From: Balanoglossus misakiensis
Taxonomy: Eukaryota > Animalia > Hemichordata
NCBI GenBank assembly: GCA_040954595.2
Contig: CM082579.2
Location: 8,793,625-8,857,624 of the forward strand
Direction: 5' to 3'
Length of the DNA: 64,000 nucleotides
The position numbers were made by a program, and so were the translations under genes. Positions 36,896 to 51,100 of the stretch are shown piece by piece; the stretch's first letter is position 1; each line of letters begins with the position of its first letter. The notes under the pieces were generated by a model. It did no database searches. It had not been told where the DNA came from and saw only the letters and a program-made list of their open reading frames with translations.

Positions 36896-39800
36896 ATGGC
36901 GCTAGAGAGACAACGACAAAAAAGCCAGAACGGAGCAACCGCTGGCAAGCGGGCGGTTGACGAGAGAGCTGTTACCGACAACGACGACAAAGTGGCACTG
37001 AGGAAACAGATGAGTTTGCTCTTTTGTATTGCTATGATCGTTGGCTCCACCATCGGTTCGGGCATTTTCATTTCGCCCAAAGGCGTTCTCCTGTACTCGA
37101 AGTCTGTCGGTGTGTCGCTTGTCATCTGGGCGGCGACCGGGGTTCTGGCGCTTTTCGGGGCCTTGTCCAGTGCAGAACTCGGCACAACCTTCGGGAAATC
37201 GGGAGGCGAATACACGTACATCCGAGAAGCGTTTGGTCCACTTCCAGCGTTTTTGGTTGTCTGGGGGACTGTAGTAGTACAAATTCCAGCGGGCGGCACA
37301 ATCCTTTCAATGACCTTTGCGCGCTACGTTATCTGGCCTTTCTACCCCGGCTGTGAACCTCCCGCTTTGGCGACCACAATGGTTTCACTTGCTTGCTTGA
37401 GTAAGTCGCTTGTACTCTACCAGTACACTTTCTTCACTCTTCTAACGTTAAACCGGGGGTCGGGCTCCTTGTGTGTTTGTCTGCATGCTTGCCTGTTTGT
37501 ATTTGTGCGTGTGTTTATTTTTTTTTCAAATGATTATTGTTTATTCCTAAATTTCACCAAATAATTTTTACGCATCTTGATTCACAAATGTCGTGATAAA
37601 CAAAATCACAGTGTCTAAAGTGAGCTTAGATTTGAGATAACGGGTTCCACAGCGCGAATGTAGAACTATAGTAAGCACGAGAAGCGGTGATCGCCCGTCT
37701 GGTGCAGGCAGCTGTCACCTTTCCATCATAATCTTCTCATAATTATTCAGTCATGGGCATATCTCAGTGACCAGGTCTCTGACGCCCTCTTGTCCGCCTT
37801 AGTTTACTGGACAACGTGGACAGTGTGGCCGATCGTGCACCTGAAGAAAGTAGATCCGGGTTCAGTGACGCTTCACTTGAACGTAGCCTGGGGCACGCAC
37901 GCGCACCAGGCTGGACTGCAGTCACGTGACCCAGTTCGCATGTGATTGTGGTCTGGACCTCTGTTGCTATTCTTATCAAGGCAACCAGTTCTGTAGTAGC
38001 ACTACAGACTCTGATTCGCGAGTTTCTTACTGAATTCAAAGTAATTAGCCGAAGACTGTTCTCTTCTTAGTAGACCTATGCGATCTTTTATTATCTCCAG
38101 TGTTTGCCTATTCTGTGAATTGTCGGAGAATAGATGTCGTAACAGCCATTAGCATCGTATTTACATTTGCCAAGGTCATCGGCCTGGTTGTAATCATCAT
38201 CGGTGGAATAATTCAGTTGTCAAGAGGTAAGATTATGTACAATTTCTATCTGGCATTCAGAGATGACTTTGTTTAAACTTGAAAGGATGACGATTATTTT
38301 GCAGTGTGATCCAATGTGGCTGCAAGCTTCCCTTTTCCCCCTATTTTCGTCTACACGTGTCACACAAGGGATTGGAGTCACGCTGATTTGCCGAGGGTGT
38401 CGACGAACGCATGATGGGTATCGGGGGGGGGGGTTGCCCCCCCCCCCCGAGTCAACAGCGTTTAGGTCTGAGACGTCAGGTGAACAGACTGAAATAGCGT
38501 CAAATTCCCTGCTGTCCTGATTATTCTAACTTCTGTTGGCGTTGCATGCTTGAACCGATTTTTCTCTAAACATCTCAACGAGACAAGGCTAGGTGCTTTA
38601 TAATATGCGCGTCAACTTTGTTGCTATGGTCCAATATGACCACTGGCTGGCCATTTTGTAACGAAGTTGATCATATGTGCGGCGATTACACACACCAACA
38701 TCAGCCATGAAATGAAAAAAAAAACGTTTTCCGCTTTGCAACAGGAAGAACAGAAAATCTAGAAAATGCGTTCGAGGAGAAGCCTGATTCCTTGATGGAT
38801 TTGTCTTTAGCGATCTACCAGGCAATGTTTGCGTATGGCGGATGGTACGTAATATCGATAACAAATAAGTTGACTAAAATATGATGTACTAGTATATAAT
38901 GTTAACAATTTCATGTTTTCGTTGATGTAATCGACTGGATTGGCTATGGGGGTACACGCCCACCTGGCACTTTTTTCTTGAAAATTATCAAACCATATTG
39001 GGTGATCTGAGATTCTAATGGTCAGCTGCAACTAGTGTACCACAGTAGGCACGAAAGATGAAATAGCATCTATCAATTGATAAATCCATCAATCAGGTTA
39101 AAATGAATCTAATTAATGATAGGACTAGGTTTGCGGTTCACATGATGGAAACATCCCAAGCAATTTATCTGTTAATATTATAAGAACTTCTCAAATTTGA
39201 ACATCCATGTATTCTGACCCAGCTCTCGCTGGTCATCGAATCTTCATGCATTGACGTCCCACTGCACTGCAACTCCAACATGAATGTACTAAAAAGGCAT
39301 TTATTTACTTGCTTTCTCCTCTTAAGGGAAACTTTGAACAACCTGACCGAAGAGTTGAAGAATCCGATCCGAGACTTTCCGATCGCTGTTGTTGTGTCGG
39401 AATTGATCATCATTTCCTTGTATCTGATGGCCAACATTGCTTACTTCACCACCCTGTCACCGGAACAACTGCTGGCTTCCAGCGCTGTTGGAGTGGTAGG
39501 TAGAAGTGGCGGAAGTGTTGATCACCCAACTGGAATTCATATGTCAGCAATAACAATGGCCGGTACTTACATGTATATTAGTATGCGTTGTTGAGAAGCT
39601 GAAGACTGACCATTTCAAAATGCTATCCAGAGTAGAACAAGAAACTGATACATAGGAATAGGAGGAATGCCAGAAGCTAATTTTCGAAGCTTTCGGTGTC
39701 CTGCTTTTCTGCTTTTAATTTCACGGTTTCAAAATCGAATTAGCAGGTAGTGGCACGGTTTAATCTTTGAGTTTGTACTCAATCATCAATGTTCAATGTC

Positions 39801-41388
39801 AAATTGAGCCCAACGTCAAGCGACATACATATGGACCTTGGACTTGGTCTGCGAACTTTTTAAACGAGGCAATGTTTGATCCCAGTTCCCAGTTTCTCAC
39901 ATCTCTATTTCCTAGACATTTGCCGACCTCGCATTGGGGAGCTTTGCCTGGGTTGTTCCCGTGGCCGTCGGCATTTCCGTGTTTGGTTCTCTGAATGGCG
40001 GGGTGTTGTCTCGCACACGGTAGGTTCCAGTTACAATTTCTTCTCAACGGCAAGTTCAATTATGGTACGAAGTTCAAAGAGAAGAGCGCAATAAAGTACA
40101 CGTTGCCTGGCCTTTATTCGGCGGGCTAGCGGACCAGTCTGTTGACCGTGAGCGTGAGATCGCGACCAGGACTCAATGTGCTCCCGTGTGATTTAAAGTG
40201 CTCCCGTGTGCAATATGTGAGCATGACGAGTTGTCTTCTCTACTCTCCGCACGACAGGGTGGTTTTCACAGGTGCTCGCGACGGACATCTCCCCGCATCG
40301 TTGTGTATGGTGCATATCGACTACAGAACACCGATGCCGGCTCTATTGGCGGGGGCATCAATATCAGTGGTAGGTACGGTGAACAAAATGGGCAAATTAA
40401 TTTTTACGACCAGAATCTACACACCGTCTTTTGCGCGCGTAAACCTCAAGTCTTTCCATACAGATATGAATACAGACAGACGGACAGACAGACAGACAGA
40501 CAGACTGACATTATTTTCTAACTTCTGATATCATTGTACAATGTTACTTGCAGACATTACTTATCGCGTCAGGGTTCACCGGAGCCGAGATAAGCAACCT
40601 TATGAATTATATGTCGTTTTCAAGCTGGGTTTTCAAGGCTCTTGTGTATTCCGGATTGATCTACATGCGATGGACCAGACCTGACCTTCCTCGACCTTTC
40701 AAAGTGAGTACTTTCTTAATATTTGAATGTGTTTTCTTGAAGTCGACCAACTTTCGTCTTGCAAGTGGAGAAAATGTTCTTTCTTGACCATTAATAATGG
40801 GCATACTTCATGTTTATTGTAGACATTCGGCGTATGTCTGATGCAATACGTATTTAAATTAAAGAGGGTTTGTGGAGTGCAATATCGAATTATCATCACA
40901 GCAGTCTGATATGCAGAAAATTTGGCATGTTAGGGGTACTTTAGAAAGGAGAGGAAGAAAGTGTATGTGATACAAAAAAGCACCGACGTAATAGCCAGAA
41001 GTTACAGGCAGTGGCCCTTTCAAGAATCTGAACTTTTTTATCGCCAGGTACCCATAGTGATACCCCTGGTATTCACCCTGGCATCAGTGTACCTGTGCAT
41101 CACCGGCATCATCGCTGCACCAATAGATGCCGGCCTCGGCCTTGCAATCCTCTCCACGGGTGTGCCGGTGTATTACTTCGGTGAATGGAACAAACCACGT
41201 CTGTTCTACAGAGTAACGGGTAAGTTTTATTTCCCCTCGTGTTCATACTAACATGAGGAATTCTGCCCTTTGAGGATATCCGTACATTATTTGAAGCTGT
41301 AAAATGACGTCATATTCTTATCCACATCCACAGCGATTTGCGACAAAATCGCTGTGCATTCAATATGTCATTAATATCTTCTAAAATA

Positions 41389-41422
<34 letters not shown>

Positions 41423-41632
41423 CATACATACATACATACATACATACATACATACATACATACATACATACATACATACATACATACATACATACATACA
41501 TACATACATACATACATGTACATTTATGTACATTTATATACATTCAGTTTCCTTCTTCTTCCAACAGACGCTGCTGCAAGATTTATGCAGAAGTTTCTAT
41601 TCGTTGTCAGACAGGAAAAGAAGACATATTAG
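36896..41632 (+). CDS. SLC7 L-type/heteromeric amino acid transporter light chain, tandem copy 1 (~500 aa)
   Basis: Exons 36896-37400, 38101-38226, 38745-38844, 39327-39495, 39916-40019, 40258-40369, 40554-40703, 41048-41219, 41568-41632 (TAG). Motifs IVGSTIGSGIFISPKGVL, AELGT, KSGGEYTYI, FAYGGW, TEELKNP, ARDGHLP, RPFKV; heavy-chain-linking-type Cys in FYPGCEPP. Confidence 0.95.
41393..41517 (+). repeat. (TACA)n microsatellite in the last intron of SLC7 copy 1
   Basis: About 31 TACA units. Confidence 0.97.
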
Positions 41633-42449
41633 ATGAAGTTGTACATTCTGTGCCGTAGTTATTAACAATCATGGCAATCATTATAGAAACTCCTTCTCGT
41701 TATCTGGAAAAATTGACCCTTTCTATACATACACTAAACCATCATTCTTTCCAAAGTAAACCCGAGAGCGGAGATTGTGTTGCCATGCAATATATCATTG
41801 CTCTGTCCGGTGGTAATGCAAGTGTGCATACTATTAAACGATTTATGAGTGCCCACGCGAAGAAGGTGCGCCATCTTATGCCCATTCGCCCTTTTACCAT
41901 TCGCCTACGGACATATGTAACTGTATTCCTTAGATTGATTGAAAGTGTGTCATGTCATGAAACTTCACTGTTAAACTGTCGACTTGTGTACAGTGGAATG
42001 TGATTGATCACTTAACCTCTCCACCTGATATATGTCAAAAGTGGTTTAAACCACTCAGCGCAAAACATGATAAAACTGGTTCAAACTCCATATCACGGTG
42101 GGAGACCCAATCACATAAGGTAACAATCACAAAGTACAGTGAACTATACGCGAGTGATTTCAAAATTGTGTAAGCTTATATTGTTTATGAAAAATAAATG
42201 TCGTGACGTTGCACTCAGATATAGTGCATTGAAAGGAACTGGACATAATCATGAAATCGCTGGGGGGGGGGGGAACAGAACAGAACAATTTTTCCATGAG
42301 AAATTGTCAGATGTGTTGACATGACCCCGCCCCCAAACCTTGAAAAAAGACTTGAGCACCACTTGCTAAAACCCTCTCCCATGTATAGATCCTTAAACAA
42401 CCAGAATTAAAAGCACAGTCCCTCAAGAACTTGGACTGTGGTAAAAGTT

Positions 42450-45400
42450 ATGGCGAAGTTGCAAGCCCGTGCCCAGCAGGCGGATCCTAAAAATGCGTCC
42501 GTTAATGGGAGAGTTGTCAGCGACGGAGACCAACTCCGTGCAGAAGATGACAAAGTTGCACTGAAAAAGCAGATGAGTCTATTCGTTTGTGTCACAGTAA
42601 TCGTTGGCTGCACCATCGGAACAGGTATTTTTATTTCACCGAAGGGCGTCCTTCTGTACAGCGGGTCTGTGGGTCTGTCCCTGGTGGTGTGGACACTCAG
42701 CGGTGTTCTGGCAATATTCGGGGCTTTGTCCTTCGCCGAGCTGGGCACGACCTACAGGAAGTCCGGAGGCGACTACACGTACGTCCGAGAGGCGTTCGGC
42801 CCGTTGCTGTCGTATTTGATCGTTTGGAAATACCTGGTGTTGGACAACCCAGCATCTCATGCGGTCATGAGTATCGCTTTCGCCAGTTACGTCTGCGAGC
42901 CGCTCTATCCTGACTGTGATCCGCCGGCGTCAGCGCTGTCCATGATTGCTGTTGCTACACTGCGTAAGTATTCACAACTGGAAGTCAACTGTACTGCAGT
43001 GCCTGTGAAACAGAACTTGATTGGGACCGTTCATACCTTAAGGAATAAAATCGCTCATCACGTTGACATTATTCGTCATTTTACAAAATTGTTTGCTCGA
43101 TTATATACCTTTTTCTTTTGAAATTTCGCTTGATGGATTTTATTGTTTGATAATTGATGATTTACCTTTTTCTTTTGAAATTTGGCTTGATGGATAATTC
43201 ATTGCGTTTTAACGCAAAATTGTGTCAAATTCGCTATTCGAAATGGCCGCCAGTCTCTGTGTTAAGTCTGTTTGGAAAATTAGTGATTTAATATGATAAT
43301 AAGACGGTGAACACCAAATGTCCTTCTTTGATTTCAAAAAGACTCTCCAAACACTTTAATGGAATATATCAAAACATTGGAAGGTTTCGAGGACGGCAAT
43401 TTTTCAAAAAATCTGTCTCCTTGGCGAGTGCTATCTTCATTACAATTCTTAATGATTTTTTTGTCTTTGTTTTAATCTACAGTTTTCATTTATTTTGTCA
43501 ATGGCTGGAAGGTGAAGGCTGCAACGTCTGTACAGATCATATTTACGGTTGCCAAGGTGATCGGTTTGCTAATCATTGTCATCGCTGGAATAGTTCAGCT
43601 GTCCCATGGTAAGTCTCGTGATAATGGTTTGTGACAAGAGGTGTTTAAACACGTCAACGCGTCAACGTGGTCATGACAGGTTGCCTCTGCAATACTGTAC
43701 AGGAGATAAAGTCGTCGAGCCTATCGATTGTTTTAGTCATTTGTTCTCTTTTCGTCATTTTAATATCCACCCCCTTAATTTCGGCCACCAGTGTGAAGTC
43801 TATTAAAGTCCCAATAGATGTCATGCATTTTCGCATCATTTATGCTTTTATTTTCAAACTTAGATTGGCCAAATTTAAATGAGTTAACTGATGGGTAAAC
43901 ACAAACATATTATACTCAACGCTGTGCATAGAAATATGAACAAGTTCAAGAATAAACGGGTGCCAGGCCGCACCCAATATACTTGAAGGTCAAGTGGCCA
44001 AAAGTATAGGTCATCCAAGGACGTTTTCGTTTTAGCAAACGTGTTGTTGTTTTTTTCTGTCGTAACAGGGCGGACAGAATATCTTGAAGAAGCATTCAAC
44101 TATAAGCCTGGTTCTGTTATGGACGTCTCCTTGGCGTTCTTTCAAGCGATGTTTGCTTATGGCGGCTGGTAGGTCTAGGAAGTATTGTTTCTTGAATTAA
44201 AAAAGCTAAACGTATGACTGACGTGGTTATAAGTGGCAGTGTTCAACCACAGATAACATGTCCATGGACTTCAAATTCAGTTACCCGAGTTGTAGGTTTT
44301 GCTTTTGCAAAACCGATGTATCATTTTGACGCACATCGAAAACAACATTTTAATGCAACGTCAATTATTTGTTTCATCTTTTAAAGGGAAAATTTAAATC
44401 ATATCACCGAGGAGTTGAAAAATCCCATCCGTGATTTTCCGATCGCAATGGTAGTCTCTGAAACCATCGTCATATCTTTGTATGTGTTGGCAAACATCGC
44501 CTACCTGACTGCAATGTCGCCGGGAGAACTATTAGCATCCAACGCCGTGGGCGTGGTAAGTACAGGAATGTTACAGTAACAACCATCGAATCTGACGTCA
44601 TATTTCAGGACAATCTAAGGGGTATAACTTAATTGATGCTTATTATTTTGGGGTGTTTTTAATTAGCGTCTATTGTATCTGAAATTATCTACTCTTGCGC
44701 CTATAGACATTCGCAGATTACCTTCTTGGGTCTCTCTCGTGGATACTGCCTCTATTTGTTGCAATGTCGATTTTTGGAGGGATAAACGGAACCGTTATGT
44801 CACGTTCACGGTATGTTTGTCTTTTTCTTGATTTTTGTGTCGAAATAATACCATGTCAAATGTATGCCATAATTAATGATTAAATGTTTCTTCCTGAGTA
44901 ATTGATATTCCCTGGTGTAGGCCGCATATCCTGAAAGTGGTCGTTTTATTTTCGACAGAGTGTATTTCACCTGCGCTCGTGATGGCAATCTCCCAGCCAC
45001 AATGGGTATGGTACACATCTACTACAGAACACCCTTGGTGTCCGTATTGATCGGATGTATTTTAGCAATGGTGAGCATCTGACACTATTAGACTGTCGTC
45101 TGTCTACAATATTAAAGGTGTCACCCAACCCCTTGGGTTTCGAATTCACATGACTCGTCAACTGGCACATTTTTCCGGCTCCGGTTTTTAAGATCGAGAA
45201 CAAGCTGGAAGCAACGATCAGTGCGCAACGTTTTGTTTGCCATTAGCCGTGGCACCATTGACGTTCAAAGTTGCGGACAAACTGAGCACCGACTCAGTAA
45301 CGAAAGTGAAACTAGATTATTTGAAAGCCAAATGTTCATGATAACGAGATGACCGCCTATTCGTGTCTTCCTGAGATTCTTTAATCAAATTGCGTCAGTG

Positions 45401-46657
45401 TTGAATTATGTGTTACATTCTATGAATATCATCGATCAAGTCGCATACAAAATTTATCTACTGAGTAATATACCTCTCTGGAATTTGTCCCTTGATTTTA
45501 GATTGTTTTTGTCGTGTCGACTTTCACCGGGGGTGCGATAACCAATATTCTGACCTATATATCGTTCGCAAACTGGTCGTTCAGGGCCTTGGTAGCTGCT
45601 GCTCTTGTCTATTTACGGTGGAAGCGACCTGACATTCACCGACCTTTTAAGGTGGGCTGTTATTTTTTATGTGTATGGAGTAACCGACCGTTCTTCAAGA
45701 AACCAAAACAATGTAAGAAGTAAACTCGTTCCTTGCCTATTGAGGGCGTTGCTCTACACCCCGCTGGGACGAGAATCCAACGCCATTTTGTTCAGTCATA
45801 GCATGCCATTGCGCTTGCGTAATTGATTGGCCACACCATTGCGCATGTTCTTCAGATAGTTCCAGAAGTTCAGCATAGATTGCTTATTTGACCAATGGAC
45901 GGATTATGTTCGACGATGATGATGATAATTGTGATAACAATAATGATCGTGGTAATATAAATGAATATTCGTTTGCAGGTTCCAATAATTATACCTATTG
46001 TATTCACACTCGCCATTCTATATCTGTCCATCACGGGTATCATAGCTGCACCGGTAGAAACTGGCATTGGCTTTGCAATCATACTGACTGGCGTGCCAGC
46101 ATATTACTTTGGTCAGTGGAAGAAACCGCCTGCTTTCTACAAGATAAGTGGTGAGTTAAATGAAGGTTCTTTGATATATACACTGTCCACTTCAAGGAAC
46201 TTCTGCTGCACATCCCTAGCTATAGGGAAATATTGGAATCTCTCTGACAATGTAGAAAAAAGCATGCCAACCTTTTATTTAAATTTATTTTCGGCCCCTT
46301 TACACATCGACCTTACTGTTATCACCCCAACTTCCGGCAATTCTCCACACTTCCGCTATTTTGCATGCATGGCTATGTAGCCACCAAATTTCATTTGCTT
46401 TACACTGAGAGGTTTCCATGGTCACTGTGTAACGGTTCTCCTGAGAACATATTCGGATGCTGAACACGAATTCCCTCGATGTATTCATGATCCCGTTTCA
46501 TATCACTTTGGGGCAGTTACAGTAACCCAGCTTTAAAATCCCCTGGTAAGTTTCATTTAGTTTAAGTCGTGCTTATATTGTGCCCCCAACAGATGCTGTC
46601 GGGAATTGCATTCAAAAATATCTACTCGTTGTAAGCCAGGAAAAGAAGACGTACTAG
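42450..46657 (+). CDS. SLC7 L-type amino acid transporter light chain, tandem copy 2 (~503 aa)
   Basis: Exons 42450-42963, 43483-43608, 44069-44168, 44387-44555, 44707-44810, 44959-45070, 45502-45651, 45979-46150, 46593-46657 (TAG). Exon 2-9 lengths equal copy 1 (126/100/169/104/112/150/172/65); same motifs; ends QEKKTY. Confidence 0.95.
43106..43195 (+). repeat. 33-bp direct repeat (57-bp period) in an intron
   Basis: tacctttttcttttgaaattt(c/g)gcttgatggat at 43106 and 43163. Confidence 0.85.
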
Positions 46658-48187
46658 TTCTCGGTGCGGACTGCATGCGGAAAAACTATCGCCCAAGTTA
46701 CATGTATTATAAACCGATAAACCGATAAATAAGAGACACGGGTACAGACAAATTGCAGACACCGACAACGTTATGGGATTTTTTTTACGTTCAGATGGTA
46801 CATGGGAGAACATCTTGTCTTGAGACTGGAGACAGCAGCACCCATCATCTGTTCATTTTATTAAACCCGAATTCAACTCACCAGGCAAAATGTATTCAAC
46901 ATCTGCAAATCAATACCTTAATTGGGGGTAAACACCAACATGATAAAAATTGACCTTTCAACTACGACCCTTCCGATGTCATGTATGCTAACCTAACAGC
47001 GCACGCGCGTAGTGATCTGCCAACAAGTCCGACATTATATTTTGGCAACTATAAGATAAATATACGACGTATAGAACGGCCAAAAGTGGTGTATGTAAAT
47101 TAAACTTGGTGACAAGATCAATTTCTATTGGTTATTTTTCAGTGGAGATGTGTAAAGCAAACGGAACAGCGGCAAATACATGTACCTTCAAATAATAGTC
47201 ATCATAGCCATCCATAATGTATGGTTGATTGTAAATTTCATAGTACAAATATACAATATTTTCACGACCAGTTGAAGAGGCAAACAGTAAGAAAACGATA
47301 GAGCACAGCACAGACAGCCAACAACATATCGTTGATAAAGATGTCTGCAGTTATCTGTTCAGGCACAGTTCCTGTAATAGAGGGACTGTGGCACATAGGG
47401 TTTAAGATGTTGATGTACGAATTCGCTCGATTTTCGTACATTTTCAGTTACACCGCGTCCGGATCCTCTGTTACACCTACACTATTACACCCATACTATT
47501 CTGTCATCGCATCCGAGAAACAAAAAAAATCTATGCCTTATTCGTTGAGTATATATAATGCCAAAAATACAACGCTAACGCGCATCTTTTATAGGTCAGG
47601 AAGAATATTTTCGTCACAAAATGTAGGTCGCGACACTGGATTTTGCCGATGTGGTTTCATAAACGCAGCCCCTACAAAAATCATATACATGTGCGCACGC
47701 GCGTGTATATATATATAATAGACATATTAAACAATTATCAATTCTTCGAACTTAAATGCCATGGTTATGACATAGCAAGTAGGATACCAGGAACACTTGA
47801 ACTCACCAGTCCAAAATGTTCAATTTTCACGCAAGTTCTGGGCACTGCAGCGACACCCTTTGTACCAGTTAAAATCTTTATATCGTGGTAAATTGAATAA
47901 AAATAGACGTATGAAACAGAATTAACTTTAAAGAATAAGAATAACTGGTTGGTGTATGATTAGAAGCCAGATATATGTTCCTGCCCGAGGGTGTTAACAA
48001 TAACAGAACTTCAGAGGGGGAAGAGTGTGGCGGTAACACCTAACGTGGGGAGTCTAAAATTTAATGCTGTCTCCATGTCATGATTTTTGGATAGTCCCTG
48101 TTCTAGGTTTGGAATACATGTATGTATAATATACGTATTACTACTCTGTTCATACTGCTTCACAAGGTAACTGCTTTAGTATACACC

Positions 48188-51100
48188 ATGGTGAATTTGC
48201 CAACCGAACAGACAGATTTTCAAAACGCCGCCGTTGAGGCGGGAGCAGCGAAAAATGCGGAACGACAAGACGACAAAGTTGCATTGAAGAAAGATTTGAA
48301 TTTATTCGCCTGCATTACGATGATCGTTGGCTCTACCATCGGGTCGGGCATTTTCATTTCGCCGAAGGGCGTCCTTCTCTACAGCGGGTCCGTGGGTGTG
48401 TGCCTGGTGGTGTGGACACTCGGCGGTGTCCTGGCAATATTCGGGTCTTTGTCTTTCGCCGAGCTGGGCACGACCTTCGGGAAGTCGGGAGGCGACTACA
48501 CCTACGTTCGGGAGGCGTTCGGCCCACAGCTGGCTTTCCTGATCACCTGGAAAACCCTGGTTTTGGAGAGTCCGGCAACGCACGCGCTCATGAGTATTGC
48601 ATTTGCCACTTACGTGTGCGAGCCGCTCTATCCTGACTGTGAGCCGCCCAAGTCTGTGCTGTCCATGATTGCGGTCTTAACTTTGTGTAAGTAGAATTAT
48701 AATACGTGTATTCTCTATGAAAAACAACAGCGGGAGACTGAGGCAATGACCAGCAAGAAAGTCACGGCGTGTTGGAGTAAACTGAACTTTACCCAGATGG
48801 TCACTTTCTTTGATATGTAAATGATAATCTCATTATGCATGTATGTGTTATGTAAGCTTGGTGGGGTTTTTCCGTTCTTGTGGGTGTTCAACTCAATTCA
48901 GACTTGGTCAGTGATGTTCATCCACTACACATGTTGGTGTCCAATAAAGTAAGTGACTGTACAGAAAACAAGCTATCGCTTCCTCTCATTATATCATTGC
49001 ACCGTACGCAATGAACTACCGCACCTCAACACGGTGGAACCCATATCCTGCTATATGTACATATATTCAGAAAAGTCAACCAGCCATATTTGACGGGTTG
49101 GCCAAACATGCTTGTCTCCTAACCACTAGCTTGCCCCTTGGCGGCATGTATCTGTACGTACCATGGTTGAACCTTGGCTTTGGCATTCTGATATACCCTC
49201 TCATGGCTGTAACACTGCGTCAACAACTGATGTATCAAGTAGTGTCGTGCCCCATCTCCAGTTTTGTCATATTTTATTTTCAGATTTCATTTATTTTGTC
49301 AACTGCTGGAAAGTGAAGGCTGCAGCGTCTGTACAGAGCATATTCACGGTTGCCAAGGTGATCGGCTTGCTGATCATTGTCGTTGGTGGAATGGTTCAGC
49401 TGTCCAGGGGTAAGTCGGACATGATACAGTGGCCATGCGGCTTGCCAGTCGCGCGCCGCCAAACCGGCATTGAACAGCGCCACCAGTAGTGGAACGAAGA
49501 AGTCGGTAACGGTCGTCGCGATAGATAGAGGGCGATCTTGCTATACTCAAACGATTAAGGAGCATGCTGTGCCTTCCCGTGTATTTTTCTAATGAGCGAG
49601 AAATTCGGTTTTCTAAACATGACTATTTTCTTTCTTCCTTTCAGGAAAGACAAAATATCTTGGAGGAGCGTTTGAAGAAAAACCAGATTCTGCTATGGAC
49701 GTCTCACTGGCGTTTTTCCAAGCGATGTTTGCTTACGCTGGTTGGTAGGTGGAACAGCTGAAAGCAATGATATGGACATGTACATGTACAGTGGCTAATA
49801 ATGACGTAATGCGATAACCATTCGACCTTGGTCTTTGTTCCCTCCAGTGCAAAGTATTCAATTTTTTTCAGTAACAATGTATTGTACATACTTAACGGTA
49901 AGCGGCCAAAACAATCCTCTTAAAGAAATTATTTCATTTGCTGAATTGAATGTTTATCTTTGCAGGGAAACTTTAAACTTTATTACCGAAGAATTAAGAA
50001 ATCCTATCCGGGATTTCCCGATCGCCATGGTTGTCTCAGAAATCATCATCATATTTTTGTATGTGATGGCCAACATCGCTTACCTGACTGTGTTGTCGCC
50101 TGAACAACTATTAGCGTCCAACGCTGTTGGCGTGGTATGTAGGAAAATTCGCATTATATATCACAGTGACATCTGTCAGAGCTGAAATGAAACTTTTATG
50201 CAATAAAACGAGTTGATCATAGCGCTGTTGTTGGTCTAAAATGTCCATACCCTTTATACGTTTAGACATTTGCAGATCACCTTCTTGGGTCGTTCGCATG
50301 GACAGTGCCTGTCTTTGTTGGGTTGTCGATTATTGGAGCGTTTAACGGAAGCTTACTGGCAAATTCACGGTATGTTTAGCTTTATCTTCCCTTTCACGGC
50401 AAAACCAATCGATGTTCGTGTTCTACCACGATGATGATGATGATGATGATGATGGTGATGATGATTAAATGCTCAAATTAGTCTTTAATTTATGCAAAAT
50501 ACCCTGAAAGCAGTCCCTTTATTTGACAGGGTTTGTTTTACTTCCGCTCGCGATGGACATCTCCCTGCTACGATGGGTATGGTACACATTTACTACAGGA
50601 CACCATTAGTGTCCTTGCTCGCATTAGGTATGCTTGCAGTGGTGAGTACATGTATAATGATTGTTGCTTAGACCATTTCCCGAACCCCCGCTAGACCCTG
50701 CGAAATCCCGCGTGGCTGGGCAATTTGTGTGACATAGGACAAACAACACTTGGCCCCATCAGCCCCTTTCCCCATTCATTAATTTGCTATTTAATCTGTC
50801 CAATAACAGATTGTGTTTTCCATATCGACTTTTACCGGGAGTACCGTAACCAACCTTCTGACCTACCTGACTTTCATGAACTGGTTTTTGAAATCCTTTG
50901 TAACTTCTGCTCTACTCTACTTACGATGGAAGCGACCTGACCTTCACCGACCTTTCAAGGTTTGTAGTATGTAAATACGGGTAGTGGCCGGTTTCAAATG
51001 CGAGAATCGAGCGTGTGGAGACATGGGCGTTCCAACATATTGGAAGCATAGAAATACCGCAGACTGCATGCGCCAGACACTTTCACCTGGGCAGTTATAA

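Noticed and set aside
36764-37564. 266-aa ORF as a complete single-exon protein (likewise 42438..43121 and 48122..48694)
   Set aside because: Each is SLC7 exon 1 plus read-through into flanking intron; homology ends at the GTAAGT donor.
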